A stretch of DNA of 52,918 nucleotides from an uncultured Candidatus Saccharibacteria bacterium (GTDB lineage: Bacteria; Patescibacteriota; WWE3; UBA101185; UBA10185): positions 1-52,918 of the forward strand of contig CAYSWS010000005.1 in NCBI GenBank assembly GCA_964434935.1, in the 5' to 3' direction. The notes below the pieces were generated by a model, which did no database searches, was not told where the DNA came from, and worked only from the letters and a program-made list of their open reading frames with translations. The translations under genes were made by a program, and so were the position numbers. Of this stretch, positions 39,160-47,837 are shown piece by piece (position 1 is the stretch's first letter; the number at the start of each line of letters is the position of its first letter).

Positions 39160-40375
39160 TACAGCTAAGATCAGACAGGATTTCCCTATTTTAGAGAGAA
39201 AAGTGAATGGCCATAAGCTGGTTTATCTTGATAATGCCGCCACTTCACAAAAACCCGTACAGGTCATTGAGGCTGTGGCCGAATATTATAAAAAGCATAA
39301 CGCTAACGTGCACCGCGGCATCCACGCCCTGAGCGAAGAGGCTTCAGGTCTTTATGAAAAGGCCAGAAAGAATGTGTCAGCCATTTTGGGAGCCGACCGT
39401 CCAAAAGAGGTGATTTTTACTTCAGGATCAACAGAATCCTTGAATTTGGTGGCTTTTGGTTGGGGGTTGAAAAATCTGCAAGAAAATGACGTGATCCTAG
39501 TCAGTGACGCAGAACATCACAGCAATTTGGTGTCTTGGCAAGTTGCAGCCGCCAAAACGGGGGCAAAGTTGGCACTTTTACCCGCCAGCCAAGCAGTTGA
39601 GGGTGATATTTTGCCGATGTTAAAGGAAATGCTCAATGAGAGAGTAAAGATAGTATCCTTATCACACGCCGGAAACGTTACCGGGGCCATATTTCCCATC
39701 AAAGAGGTAGTTAAAGAAGCCAAGAAAGTTGGTGCTTTGGTATGTGTGGACGGCGCTCAAGCCGCACCCCATTTGGCTGTAGATGTGAAAAGCTTAGGTT
39801 GTGATTTTTATGCGCTATCGGCGCACAAGATGCTGGGACCCACCGGGGTGGGGGTGCTGTGGGCCAAAGGGGAAATACTGGAGGACATGGATCCTTTGAT
39901 GTATGGCGGGGGCATGATCCGCGAAGTGCAGGAGCAGACGGCAACTTGGGCGGACGCGCCGGAGAAGTTCGAAGCCGGAACCCCGAATGTGGCCGGAGTG
40001 ATAGGGTTTTCAGCCGCAATAGATTATTTGCAGAAGGTAGGCATGACCAATGTCAGACAACACGAGTTGGAGTTAAATAAATATGCTTTGGAAGAACTGC
40101 AAAAGATCGACGGTTTAAACATTATCGGGCCAAAAGATCCTGAACATAGGACCGGCCTAGTGTCTTTTGTGCTGGAAAACCTGCATCCTCATGATGTGGC
40201 GGCTGTTTTGGACAGTCGAGGAGTGGCGGTAAGGTCAGGTCATCACTGTGCCATGCCTCTGCATAAAAAACTGAGCGTCAACGCTTCCACCAGAGCCAGT
40301 TATTATCTCTACAATACCAAGGAAGAAATCGATGCCTTAGTCGAAGGTTTAAAGGAAGCTAAAAAGATCTTATGA
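39152..40375 (+). CDS. sufS: cysteine desulfurase
   Basis: YLDNAATSQKP, ANVHRG, EHHSN, SAHKMLGPTG, RSGHHCA. Confidence 0.96.
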   Translation: MLDTAKIRQDFPILERKVNGHKLVYLDNAATSQKPVQVIEAVAEYYKKHNANVHRGIHALSEEASGLYEKARKNVSAILGADRPKEVIFTSGSTESLNLVAFGWGLKNLQENDVILVSDAEHHSNLVSWQVAAAKTGAKLALLPASQAVEGDILPMLKEMLNERVKIVSLSHAGNVTGAIFPIKEVVKEAKKVGALVCVDGAQAAPHLAVDVKSLGCDFYALSAHKMLGPTGVGVLWAKGEILEDMDPLMYGGGMIREVQEQTATWADAPEKFEAGTPNVAGVIGFSAAIDYLQKVGMTNVRQHELELNKYALEELQKIDGLNIIGPKDPEHRTGLVSFVLENLHPHDVAAVLDSRGVAVRSGHHCAMPLHKKLSVNASTRASYYLYNTKEEIDALVEGLKEAKKIL

Positions 40376-40746
40376 ACAATATTTACCGAGAACAACTCAT
40401 GGAGCACTACAAGCACCCTCAAAATAGGGGAAAAATGAATGACGCCACCGTAGAGGTGACCGAAAACAATCCTTTGTGCGGAGATGTAATAGACATGCAG
40501 TTGAAAGTGGACGGAGACATAATACAAGACGTCATGTTCGATGGCAGTGCCTGCGCCGTGACCGTGGCGGCATCTTCAGTGCTAACAGAGGCGGTAAAAG
40601 GCCTATCACTGAGACAAGCCAAAAAAATGACCAAAGAAGAACTAATTAAGCTTTTGGGTGTAGAATTGACCACCAGCCGGGTAAAGTGTGCTTCATTACC
40701 CTTGGAGGCGTTACATAATTTGATACAAAAATATGAGTCAGCCTAA
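40372..40746 (+). CDS. sufU: SufU/NifU N-terminal family protein
   Basis: HYKHPQNRG, NPLCGD, ACA...ASS, RVKCA. Confidence 0.9.
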   Translation: MNNIYREQLMEHYKHPQNRGKMNDATVEVTENNPLCGDVIDMQLKVDGDIIQDVMFDGSACAVTVAASSVLTEAVKGLSLRQAKKMTKEELIKLLGVELTTSRVKCASLPLEALHNLIQKYESA

Positions 40747-40975
40747 AAAAAAAGGAACAGAGATCAGGATCAGCAAAGACATGAACTTGGCGGATGTCAT
40801 TTTTAAATGGCCAGAGACGGCCGAGGTGTTCATGGATTATGGACTACATTGTGTAGGGTGTATTGCCGCCGGATTTGATACCATAGAGATGGGAGCTAAA
40901 GCGCATGCTCTGCCTGATGAAGAGATAGACGAAATGGTCGCTCGTGCCAATGAAGTTGCCTTGTATTCTGAATAA
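40733..40975 (+). CDS. DUF1858 family protein
   Basis: ISKDM.LADV..KWPE..EVF..YGLHCVGC.AA..DTI..GA..H. Confidence 0.85.
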   Translation: MSQPKKKGTEIRISKDMNLADVIFKWPETAEVFMDYGLHCVGCIAAGFDTIEMGAKAHALPDEEIDEMVARANEVALYSE

Positions 40976-41008
40976 GTCGGACAGTATTAACTTAAAGAAA
41001 GATATTTA

Positions 41009-41383
41009 ATGCAGTATCAAATCACTTCCGATAACATAGAAATTTCTCCCAGTATGAAAACTTTGGCTAAGGAGAAATTCAGCAAGATAGAAAAAAGATT
41101 GACGGAAAAAGAATTGGAAGAAGCCATGGTTCGAATAGTGCTAAACAAGAGCGGAGCCGAGGACGAATTTAGAGTGAAAATAGAGCTATCTTATGGCGGG
41201 AAAAAATACTTTGCCTCCGAGAGGGATTATCTGTTAGAATCTGCATTAATAAAAACGGTAGAAGAGGTGGAAAAAATGCGTCGACGTGACGACATTTCTT
41301 ACATTGAGGATTGGAAGGAACAAAGGGAAGTGAAAAGGGCTGCCATAGATGAGGAGCTGCTCAAAGAAGAGGTTGACGAGTAG
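41009..41383 (+). CDS. hpf: ribosome hibernation factor (HPF/RaiA family)
   Basis: MQYQIT..NIEISPSM...AKEKFSKIEK N-terminus typical of S30AE. Confidence 0.7.
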   Translation: MQYQITSDNIEISPSMKTLAKEKFSKIEKRLTEKELEEAMVRIVLNKSGAEDEFRVKIELSYGGKKYFASERDYLLESALIKTVEEVEKMRRRDDISYIEDWKEQREVKRAAIDEELLKEEVDE

Positions 41384-41397
41384 TTTGGTAGAATGAA

Positions 41398-41452
41398 AAA
41401 GGCAAGAAGTTCATCATGGGTGATTAGCTCAGTTGGTAGAGCAGTCGTCTTA
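41398..41452 (+). pseudogene. duplicated leader plus 5' half of tRNA-Ile
   Basis: near-identical to 41473-41527 (75-bp offset), truncated in the anticodon loop. Confidence 0.8.
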
Positions 41453-41492
41453 CGTTTGTGAGCGTAGCGAACAAAGGCAAGACGTTAAACAT

Positions 41493-41568
41493 GGGTGATT
41501 AGCTCAGTTGGTAGAGCAGTCGTCTTATACACGACCGGTCCCTGGTTCGAGCCCAGGATCACCCACCA
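41493..41568 (+). tRNA. tRNA-Ile(TAT)
   Basis: GGGTGAT/ATCACCC acceptor stem, GTCGT-CTTATAC-ACGAC anticodon arm, GGTTCGAGCCC, ACCA. Confidence 0.9.
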
Positions 41569-41590
41569 AGATAAAATAATCGAGATAACT

Positions 41591-42049
41591 ATGTCGAAGT
41601 CACAACATATGTATGGATCAGAAAACGGTGAGTTTTACAGCGCAGAGCAAGCGAGTTCAAGAATGATCGAGATCGTGTCTTCGGTGGACACGCCCGATGG
41701 CCAACATTATCAAGACACTGATCATTTGAATTTAGCCCATGTGCGGGATTTTTTTGATGCTAAAGCTTCCATGTACGACTTTTTATCAAAAGACACACCG
41801 TTGGAAAGTCAGAAAAGTGTATTTAGGAACGAGGTTAGAAAAAACAAAGAATTGGCGGATGCTGCGGAGATTTTAGGTGCTGGAGACCCAACTGAAACAG
41901 CATTATATTGGGAGCGTGTCTATTCCGCTGTTCAACGTGACATAATACCCCTACTGAAAAACGAGCAAGCTATAGCTAGGACAAGGAGAGAATGGAAGGT
42001 AAGTAAAGAAAATAAACCGACAGGATGGAAATTCATAGATCAATCATAA
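41591..42049 (+). CDS. hypothetical protein
   Basis: 152-aa ORF from ATG 41591; the longer track ORF overlaps the tRNA. Confidence 0.6.
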   Translation: MSKSQHMYGSENGEFYSAEQASSRMIEIVSSVDTPDGQHYQDTDHLNLAHVRDFFDAKASMYDFLSKDTPLESQKSVFRNEVRKNKELADAAEILGAGDPTETALYWERVYSAVQRDIIPLLKNEQAIARTRREWKVSKENKPTGWKFIDQS

Positions 42050-42100
42050 TTCTATGGTATTTTCGTAGCTTGTTAGTTCGTTTCCAACCTCGCCCTGAAA

Positions 42101-42976
42101 TTACAAAACCCCAAGTTCGGTCTTTTCTTCTTCAGTTTCTCTTTCGATGAATTCCAAATATCTTTCCGTAGTGGAAACTCTTATATGCCCCGCAATTTTT
42201 GATACGTGCAGTAAGTTAGTGCCATTGGCCAAATGATGAGCCACAAAAGTGTGTCTGAGATCATTTACTTTGGCATTTTCCACGCCGGCAATATCATAAT
42301 ATCTCTGAATAGTAGACCTGATGTTCCTGATAAGCATGGCATTACCTGTTTTAGTTATGAACACATGATCGGCCCCATCCAGTTTAGGCCTGTCACCTTC
42401 TATGTAGGCTTTTAAGGCGTCAATGGCGGCCTTGTTCAAAGGAATATTCCTGGAAGGTCTGCTATTTTTAGCGGGTACAAAAAGATTTCCCGGACTGGCA
42501 TCCAGTTTAAGATGCTCCAGCTTCATGCCGGCTAATTCGGAGATAGTGATGCCTGTCTGCAGCAATGTTTCGATCATGGCGTAAGTTCTAGCGTCATCTC
42601 TGGCCGCGTCTCTTAAGGCCCTATATTCCAGCTTAGATAGTATCCTTGGAGGCTTCACATCAACTTTAGGGTGTTTCAACATGTCGGCTGCATTGGTAAC
42701 TACCAAGGACTCATCGACCAAGTATCTGAAAAATGTTTTAGTGGAGTTGGTCTTTCTGGAAATAGACTTAGGAGTATAGTCTTCTTTAGCCAGTTTTTTC
42801 ATATAACTTTCCAGATGGGTAAGTTCAATCTCATCGACCTTTCCCAAGCCTTGTTTTTCTAAATATTCGATCAATTGTTCAATATCTTTACCATAAGCGA
42901 CCAAAGTAGATTCAGATCTGCCCAAGCCTCCCAGGTAATCGATAAAGTTTTTGTGAGCTTCTTTTAAAGCAATCAT
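42101..42976 (-). CDS. XerC/XerD-family tyrosine recombinase with atypical active site
   Basis: N-terminal core-binding domain (S..TL.AY.KD..Q..SISRK..S.K.FF.YL), DLRHTF, GH..VSTT.RY. Confidence 0.85.
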   Translation of the reverse strand: MIALKEAHKNFIDYLGGLGRSESTLVAYGKDIEQLIEYLEKQGLGKVDEIELTHLESYMKKLAKEDYTPKSISRKTNSTKTFFRYLVDESLVVTNAADMLKHPKVDVKPPRILSKLEYRALRDAARDDARTYAMIETLLQTGITISELAGMKLEHLKLDASPGNLFVPAKNSRPSRNIPLNKAAIDALKAYIEGDRPKLDGADHVFITKTGNAMLIRNIRSTIQRYYDIAGVENAKVNDLRHTFVAHHLANGTNLLHVSKIAGHIRVSTTERYLEFIERETEEEKTELGVL

Positions 42977-43089
42977 ATAAGTTTTTTTGTGGGCAATGAG
43001 GACAGCAAATTTACAACTAAGTACTAATCCTATAGGTTAGGATAACACTAAGGTTGAACAATGTCAACATTTGCACTAGAATTTTATAT

Positions 43090-43482
43090 ATGGCCATGCC
43101 TGCCCAAACTAAATACGTTGTACTTTCAATACTGTTCATTTTAGCATCGATCAACTTTACAAGAACAGCCCTGGAAATACTCGAGAATAGTAAGAGATTG
43201 GACAGTTTAAGTCAAGAGGTAGGGGATATGGAGGAAGAAAAAAAGGAGTATACAAACAGCGTGGCCTACAAGAAAACTGATGAATATGTAGAAGAAAAAG
43301 CCCGTGACGACCTAAGCATGATTAGACCTGGAGAAAAAGTATATGTTATACCACAGGAGTTCAAAGTGCTTGACCTGGAATCTAAGGTTTTAGGTCAAAA
43401 GAGTGTTTCTCAGAAGTTGATATTGGGGAAGTTTGGCGAAGACAGCAACGTGGCCAAGTGGCTAAGATTGTTCATAAAATAG
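43090..43482 (+). CDS. septum formation initiator (FtsB/DivIC-like)
   Basis: TM helix, coiled coil, EYVEEKARDDLSMIRPGEKVYV. Confidence 0.8.
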   Translation: MAMPAQTKYVVLSILFILASINFTRTALEILENSKRLDSLSQEVGDMEEEKKEYTNSVAYKKTDEYVEEKARDDLSMIRPGEKVYVIPQEFKVLDLESKVLGQKSVSQKLILGKFGEDSNVAKWLRLFIK

Positions 43483-43573
43483 GCGTTGGAGCGTTTAACT
43501 TTGACATATCAAGGTTTGTCTGATAAATTACACAATTGATGAGATGCACATGGGCGCATTTCATCAACTTTGG

Positions 43574-43647
43574 CGCGGGGTGGAGGAATAGTACCTCGTC
43601 AGGCTCATAATCTGAAGATCCTGGTGCAAATCCAGGCCCCGCAACCA
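43574..43647 (+). tRNA. initiator tRNA-fMet(CAT)
   Basis: CGCGGGG...CCCCGCA-ACCA with C1:A72 mismatch, CT-CAT-AA loop; TTGACA promoter at 43501, hairpin plus T tract downstream. Confidence 0.9.
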
Positions 43648-43746
43648 AATATATTTATCCCCGGGTTGGGGTTTTTTATTTCCAAAAGTACCGTTTTTAA
43701 CATACAATTAGGTTGTAATTGTTGGTATAATGCCTCTTGAGCCGTG

Positions 43747-43868
43747 GCCGATGTTTCGCGCCGATGTTGCGTCTCACTGCGTTCGACGAGCATCGGCACT
43801 CACGTTGTTCGCGCCGATGTTGCGTCTCACGGTGTTCGACGCGCATCAGCTTGTCACTGACGTTCCAA
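43747..43868 (+). repeat. tandem 53-bp hairpin repeats built on the tRNA-Met acceptor stem
   Basis: TTCGCGCCGATGTTGCGTCTCAC at 43755 and 43808; GCCGATG/CATCGGC stems. Confidence 0.8.
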
Positions 43869-43945
43869 GCCGATGTAGCTCAGGCGGTTAGAGCGGACGT
43901 TTCATAAGCGTCAGGTCGTCGGTTCGAGTCCGACCATCGGCACCA
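43869..43945 (+). tRNA. tRNA-Met(CAT), probably elongator
   Basis: GCCGATG/CATCGGC acceptor stem, TT-CAT-AA loop, GGTTCGAGTCC, ACCA. Confidence 0.9.
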
Positions 43946-43952
43946 GAAATAT

Positions 43953-44951
43953 ATGAACAAAAAAAGAATACTAACAGGAGACAACCCTACCGGCGAGCTC
44001 CACGTGGGTCACTACGTAGGATCGTTGCAAAATAGAGCCAAACTTCAAGATGAATACGAAACATTCATTGTTATTGCAGATATGCACGCGCTAGCCTACC
44101 CCAAATACGTGGACAAGCCAAAAACCGTCAGTGAGAATGTGCGCAAAGTTCTACTGGGCAATCTGGCGGCTGGACTTGATCCTGATAAAGTCACCTTCTT
44201 CATGGAATCGGGTATACCTGAGCTGTATGAGCTGGCCACCCTTTTTAGCATGTACGTCAGCCATAACCGCGCGCTGAGAAATCCTACTCTCAAGGAAGAA
44301 ATTCGAGAAAAAGATCTGGGCGACGCGTTTTCTCTTGGTTTTGTGAATTTTCCCATTTTGCAGGTAGCGGATATTTTATGTGTGAAAGCTCATCTGGTTC
44401 CCGTGGGAGAAGATCAGCTGCCGCACATTGAGCTGGCCAGAGAAGTGGCCCGAAAATTTAATTCCACTTATGGTGAGATCTTCCCGGAACCGGAAGGCAT
44501 GGTTGGAGAGATCAAACGTTTGGTAGGACTTGATGGAAATACCAAAATGACCAAATCTTTGGACAACACCATAAACCTCAATGAGCCGGAAGAAGAATTG
44601 AAAAGAAAGATCATGGGCATGTACACAGATCCTAAAAGAATTCACGCCACAGATCCGGGTACCGTAAAGGGAAATCCTGTTTTTATTTACCACGACGCCT
44701 TTAACGAAAACAAAGAAGAAGTTAAAGATCTCAAGCAGAGGTACGAAAAAGGTCAAGTAGGAGATATAGAAGTTAAAGAAAAATTGTATGAAGCCATGAG
44801 CCGATTCCTAAAACCTATTATAACTCGCTACCAAATGTTCGAAAATGACATACCTAAAGTTGAAGAAATATTGGAGTCAGGCACACAGAAAACCAGAGCC
44901 ATTGTGCAGGAAACTTTGCAGGAAACCAAGGAAAAAATGAATTTTTTGTAA
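43953..44951 (+). CDS. trpS: tryptophan--tRNA ligase
   Basis: LTGDNPTGELHVGHY, VPVGEDQLPHIE, KMTKS. Confidence 0.97.
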   Translation: MNKKRILTGDNPTGELHVGHYVGSLQNRAKLQDEYETFIVIADMHALAYPKYVDKPKTVSENVRKVLLGNLAAGLDPDKVTFFMESGIPELYELATLFSMYVSHNRALRNPTLKEEIREKDLGDAFSLGFVNFPILQVADILCVKAHLVPVGEDQLPHIELAREVARKFNSTYGEIFPEPEGMVGEIKRLVGLDGNTKMTKSLDNTINLNEPEEELKRKIMGMYTDPKRIHATDPGTVKGNPVFIYHDAFNENKEEVKDLKQRYEKGQVGDIEVKEKLYEAMSRFLKPIITRYQMFENDIPKVEEILESGTQKTRAIVQETLQETKEKMNFL

Positions 44952-44981
44952 TGGGCAAACTGATGTATAATGCCATAGCCT

Positions 44982-46844
44982 ATGAACAATCCACCCAATA
45001 AGGAAAGCCAGAAAAAGAAAATACCACTAAACAAGAAACCACCCATGCCTCCTAAAAGCATTTTTAATAACGTATTCTTTTATGTTTTTTTGCTGCTGGG
45101 TATGATGATACTTTTTTCCACATTTTCTGATCTTGGCGGCGGGCTGGATGAAAAACCTATTAGCGAAGCTCTAGCTTTGATAAAAGAAGGCAAAGTGCAG
45201 GATATAGAGATCTCGGGCAATAATATTGATGTTCTCCTGCAGGACGGGTCCAAATTCAAAACTTCCAAAGAGGACGGCATCAGCTTTGATGAGATCTTAG
45301 CTAACAGTGGGCTGGATAGTTCTTTGGTGGCGGGAGAGATCAAAGTTGTGCACAGAACGGCTTTAGTTGACATCATCGGGCCCATACTTTCTTTTGGCAT
45401 ACCCATATTTATCTTGCTTTTCATTTTTAGACAGATGCGCGGCGCCAGTGGGGATATTTTGTCTTTTGGTAAATCCAAGGCCCGACTTTTTAATAAAAAA
45501 GATGCTCAGAACATAACTTTCGCCGATGTGGCCGGGGTGGAAGAGGCCAAGAAAGAGATGATGGAAATTGTGGACTTTTTGAAGTATCCGCAAAAATACA
45601 GGAAACTGGGGGCTAGGATACCTAAAGGAGTTTTGCTAATAGGACCTTCCGGTGTAGGTAAGACATTGTTGGCTAAAGCCATTGCCGGCGAGGCCAACGT
45701 GCCTTTCTTCAGCGTGGCCGGCAGTGAATTTATGGAGATGTTAGTGGGTGTGGGTTCGGCCAGGGCTAGGGATCTGTTTGCCATGGCCAAAGCCAATCAA
45801 CCCAGCCTTATTTTTATTGACGAAGTTGACGCTATCGGGCGCCAAAGGGGCATGGGTATAGGTGGCGGGCATGATGAGAGAGAGCAGACTCTTAACCAAA
45901 TACTGATAGAGATGGATGGTTTTGATCCCAGGACCAGTGTCATTGTGCTGGCGGCCACTAACAGACCGGACATGCTGGACCCCGCGCTGATCAGAGCCGG
46001 CAGGTTCGATAGAAGGATACACATTCCTCTACCTGATCTTAAGGAAAGGGAGGCCATCATGAAGATACACATGAGAGGCAAGCCTTTTGAAGATGATGTT
46101 ACCGTAGAGAGAATTGCTAAAAAGACGGTAGGTTTCAGCGGAGCAGATATCGAAAATATGCTCAACGAATCTGCCATCTTGGCTGCCAGAGATAATAGAG
46201 CCAAGATCTCCAGAAAAGATATGGAAGAAGCGGCTTTGAAGGTTACTATGGGCAGCGAAAGAAAAACTCTACAATCAGAACACGAAAGGAAAATGACCGC
46301 TTATCATGAGATCGGGCATGCTTTGGTAGCCTCACGTATGCCGGAAATGGATCCGGTGAGCCGTGTTTCCATTGTAGCTAGAGGAGCTTCGCTGGGGCAC
46401 ACTAGCATTGAGCCTCTCAGAGATAGGTATAACGAGACCAGGACCAGGTTGCTATCCATGATATCTACCATGCTGGGAGGGCGGGCGGCTGAGGAGTTGG
46501 TTTTTGATGAGCTTACCATTGGCGCCTCTGATGACATAGAGAAAGCCACCCAGTTGGCCAGAAGAATGGTCATGCAGTACGGCATGAGCGATCTGGGGCC
46601 AATTTCCTATAACGGTAAAAGTGACGAATTCATGTTGGCTAGGGAGCTTGGCTATCACGCACCCACCTACAGCGACGAGATGGCGGCCAAGATAGACAAG
46701 GAAGTGGAGAAGATCGTGGCCTCTTGTTTTTCCGGCGCTAAGGATATTATCACTAAAAACAGGGAAGCTATGGATAAGGTGGCGTCTGTGCTACTGGAAA
46801 AAGAGACCATCTACGAAGACGAATTCAAAGAACTAATTTCCTAG
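44982..46844 (+). CDS. ftsH: ATP-dependent zinc metalloprotease FtsH
   Basis: two TM helices, GPSGVGKT, FIDEVD, ATNRPD.LD.AL.R.GRFDR, HEIGH. Confidence 0.98.
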   Translation: MNNPPNKESQKKKIPLNKKPPMPPKSIFNNVFFYVFLLLGMMILFSTFSDLGGGLDEKPISEALALIKEGKVQDIEISGNNIDVLLQDGSKFKTSKEDGISFDEILANSGLDSSLVAGEIKVVHRTALVDIIGPILSFGIPIFILLFIFRQMRGASGDILSFGKSKARLFNKKDAQNITFADVAGVEEAKKEMMEIVDFLKYPQKYRKLGARIPKGVLLIGPSGVGKTLLAKAIAGEANVPFFSVAGSEFMEMLVGVGSARARDLFAMAKANQPSLIFIDEVDAIGRQRGMGIGGGHDEREQTLNQILIEMDGFDPRTSVIVLAATNRPDMLDPALIRAGRFDRRIHIPLPDLKEREAIMKIHMRGKPFEDDVTVERIAKKTVGFSGADIENMLNESAILAARDNRAKISRKDMEEAALKVTMGSERKTLQSEHERKMTAYHEIGHALVASRMPEMDPVSRVSIVARGASLGHTSIEPLRDRYNETRTRLLSMISTMLGGRAAEELVFDELTIGASDDIEKATQLARRMVMQYGMSDLGPISYNGKSDEFMLARELGYHAPTYSDEMAAKIDKEVEKIVASCFSGAKDIITKNREAMDKVASVLLEKETIYEDEFKELIS

Positions 46845-46847
46845 TTT

Positions 46848-47765
46848 ATGAAGAAACTACTTTTAATTGATACTTTTAATTTTTTGCATCGTGCATACCA
46901 CGCTTTACCACCTACGCTAACCGACAAAAATGGTGAGCCTACCAACGCGGTTTACGGTGTCACCAGCATGCTAATCAGCGTGTTCGATCAAATAAAGCCC
47001 GACTATGTGGTGGCTGCCATGGATGACATCGAGCCCACCTTTAGAGTAGAGGATTTTACCGGCTACAAGGCGCACCGAAAACCTATGGAAGACGCACTTT
47101 CTTCGCAAATTCCCAAGGTTTTTGAGGTCATCGACGCTTTTGGTGTGAACAGGATCAGCTTACCCGGCTACGAAGCCGATGATGTTATCGGTACTATGGT
47201 GGAGAAGTACGCGGATAAGAACACTGAAGTAATAGTGGTTTCCAATGATAGGGACCTTTGGCAATTAGTGAAAGATAACGTTTTGGTCATGAATCCGGGC
47301 TCAAGAGGCATGGTGGAATGGATCGGTGAGAAAGAAGTGCAGGCCAGATTTGGCTTTGGTCCGGAGCAAATTCCGGATTACAAGGGTTTGCGTGGGGACC
47401 CCAGCGACAACATTCCTGGTGTTTATGGTATTGGTGAAAAAACCGCCACAAAACTTATTACTGAGTACAAAAATATTGAGGGTGTTTATAATAATATTGA
47501 TAAGGTAGAGCCCAAATCGGTGCGGGATAAGCTTTTGCAGGGTTACGAACAAGCCATGATGAGCAAAAATCTGGCCACCATCATCCGAGATGCGCCTGTG
47601 GATGTGGAGCTGGGGGATTGCAGTTATCACGAAACTGACACGGAGAATCTGAAAGAAGTACTGGAGAAGTATAATTTTAGATCCTTATTAAGAAGAATAG
47701 GTCTAGAAGAGGAAAAAAAGTCCAAAATTGATAAGGTTCCAGAGAATCAGATGAAGTTGTTGTAA
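46848..47765 (+). CDS. stand-alone 5'-3' exonuclease (PolA N-terminal/flap endonuclease)
   Basis: LLLID..RAYHALP..G.PTNAVYG, YKAHR, YEADD, GDPSDNIPGV.GIGEKTA; ends without a polymerase domain. Confidence 0.92.
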   Translation: MKKLLLIDTFNFLHRAYHALPPTLTDKNGEPTNAVYGVTSMLISVFDQIKPDYVVAAMDDIEPTFRVEDFTGYKAHRKPMEDALSSQIPKVFEVIDAFGVNRISLPGYEADDVIGTMVEKYADKNTEVIVVSNDRDLWQLVKDNVLVMNPGSRGMVEWIGEKEVQARFGFGPEQIPDYKGLRGDPSDNIPGVYGIGEKTATKLITEYKNIEGVYNNIDKVEPKSVRDKLLQGYEQAMMSKNLATIIRDAPVDVELGDCSYHETDTENLKEVLEKYNFRSLLRRIGLEEEKKSKIDKVPENQMKLL

Positions 47766-47837
47766 AAACTCCGTTGTTGTATACTTGCCGAAATTAGCCA
47801 AAATAGCTCATTATCATAGAAAAGGAGAGATGAGGGC

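Noticed and set aside
41495-41590. N-terminal extension of the 41495 ORF, and the ORF at 43605-43799
   Set aside because: They overlap tRNA genes and are spurious.
46848-47765. Truncated polA pseudogene
   Set aside because: Intact domain with a natural QMKLL clamp-binding-like tail; split PolA is common in reduced genomes.
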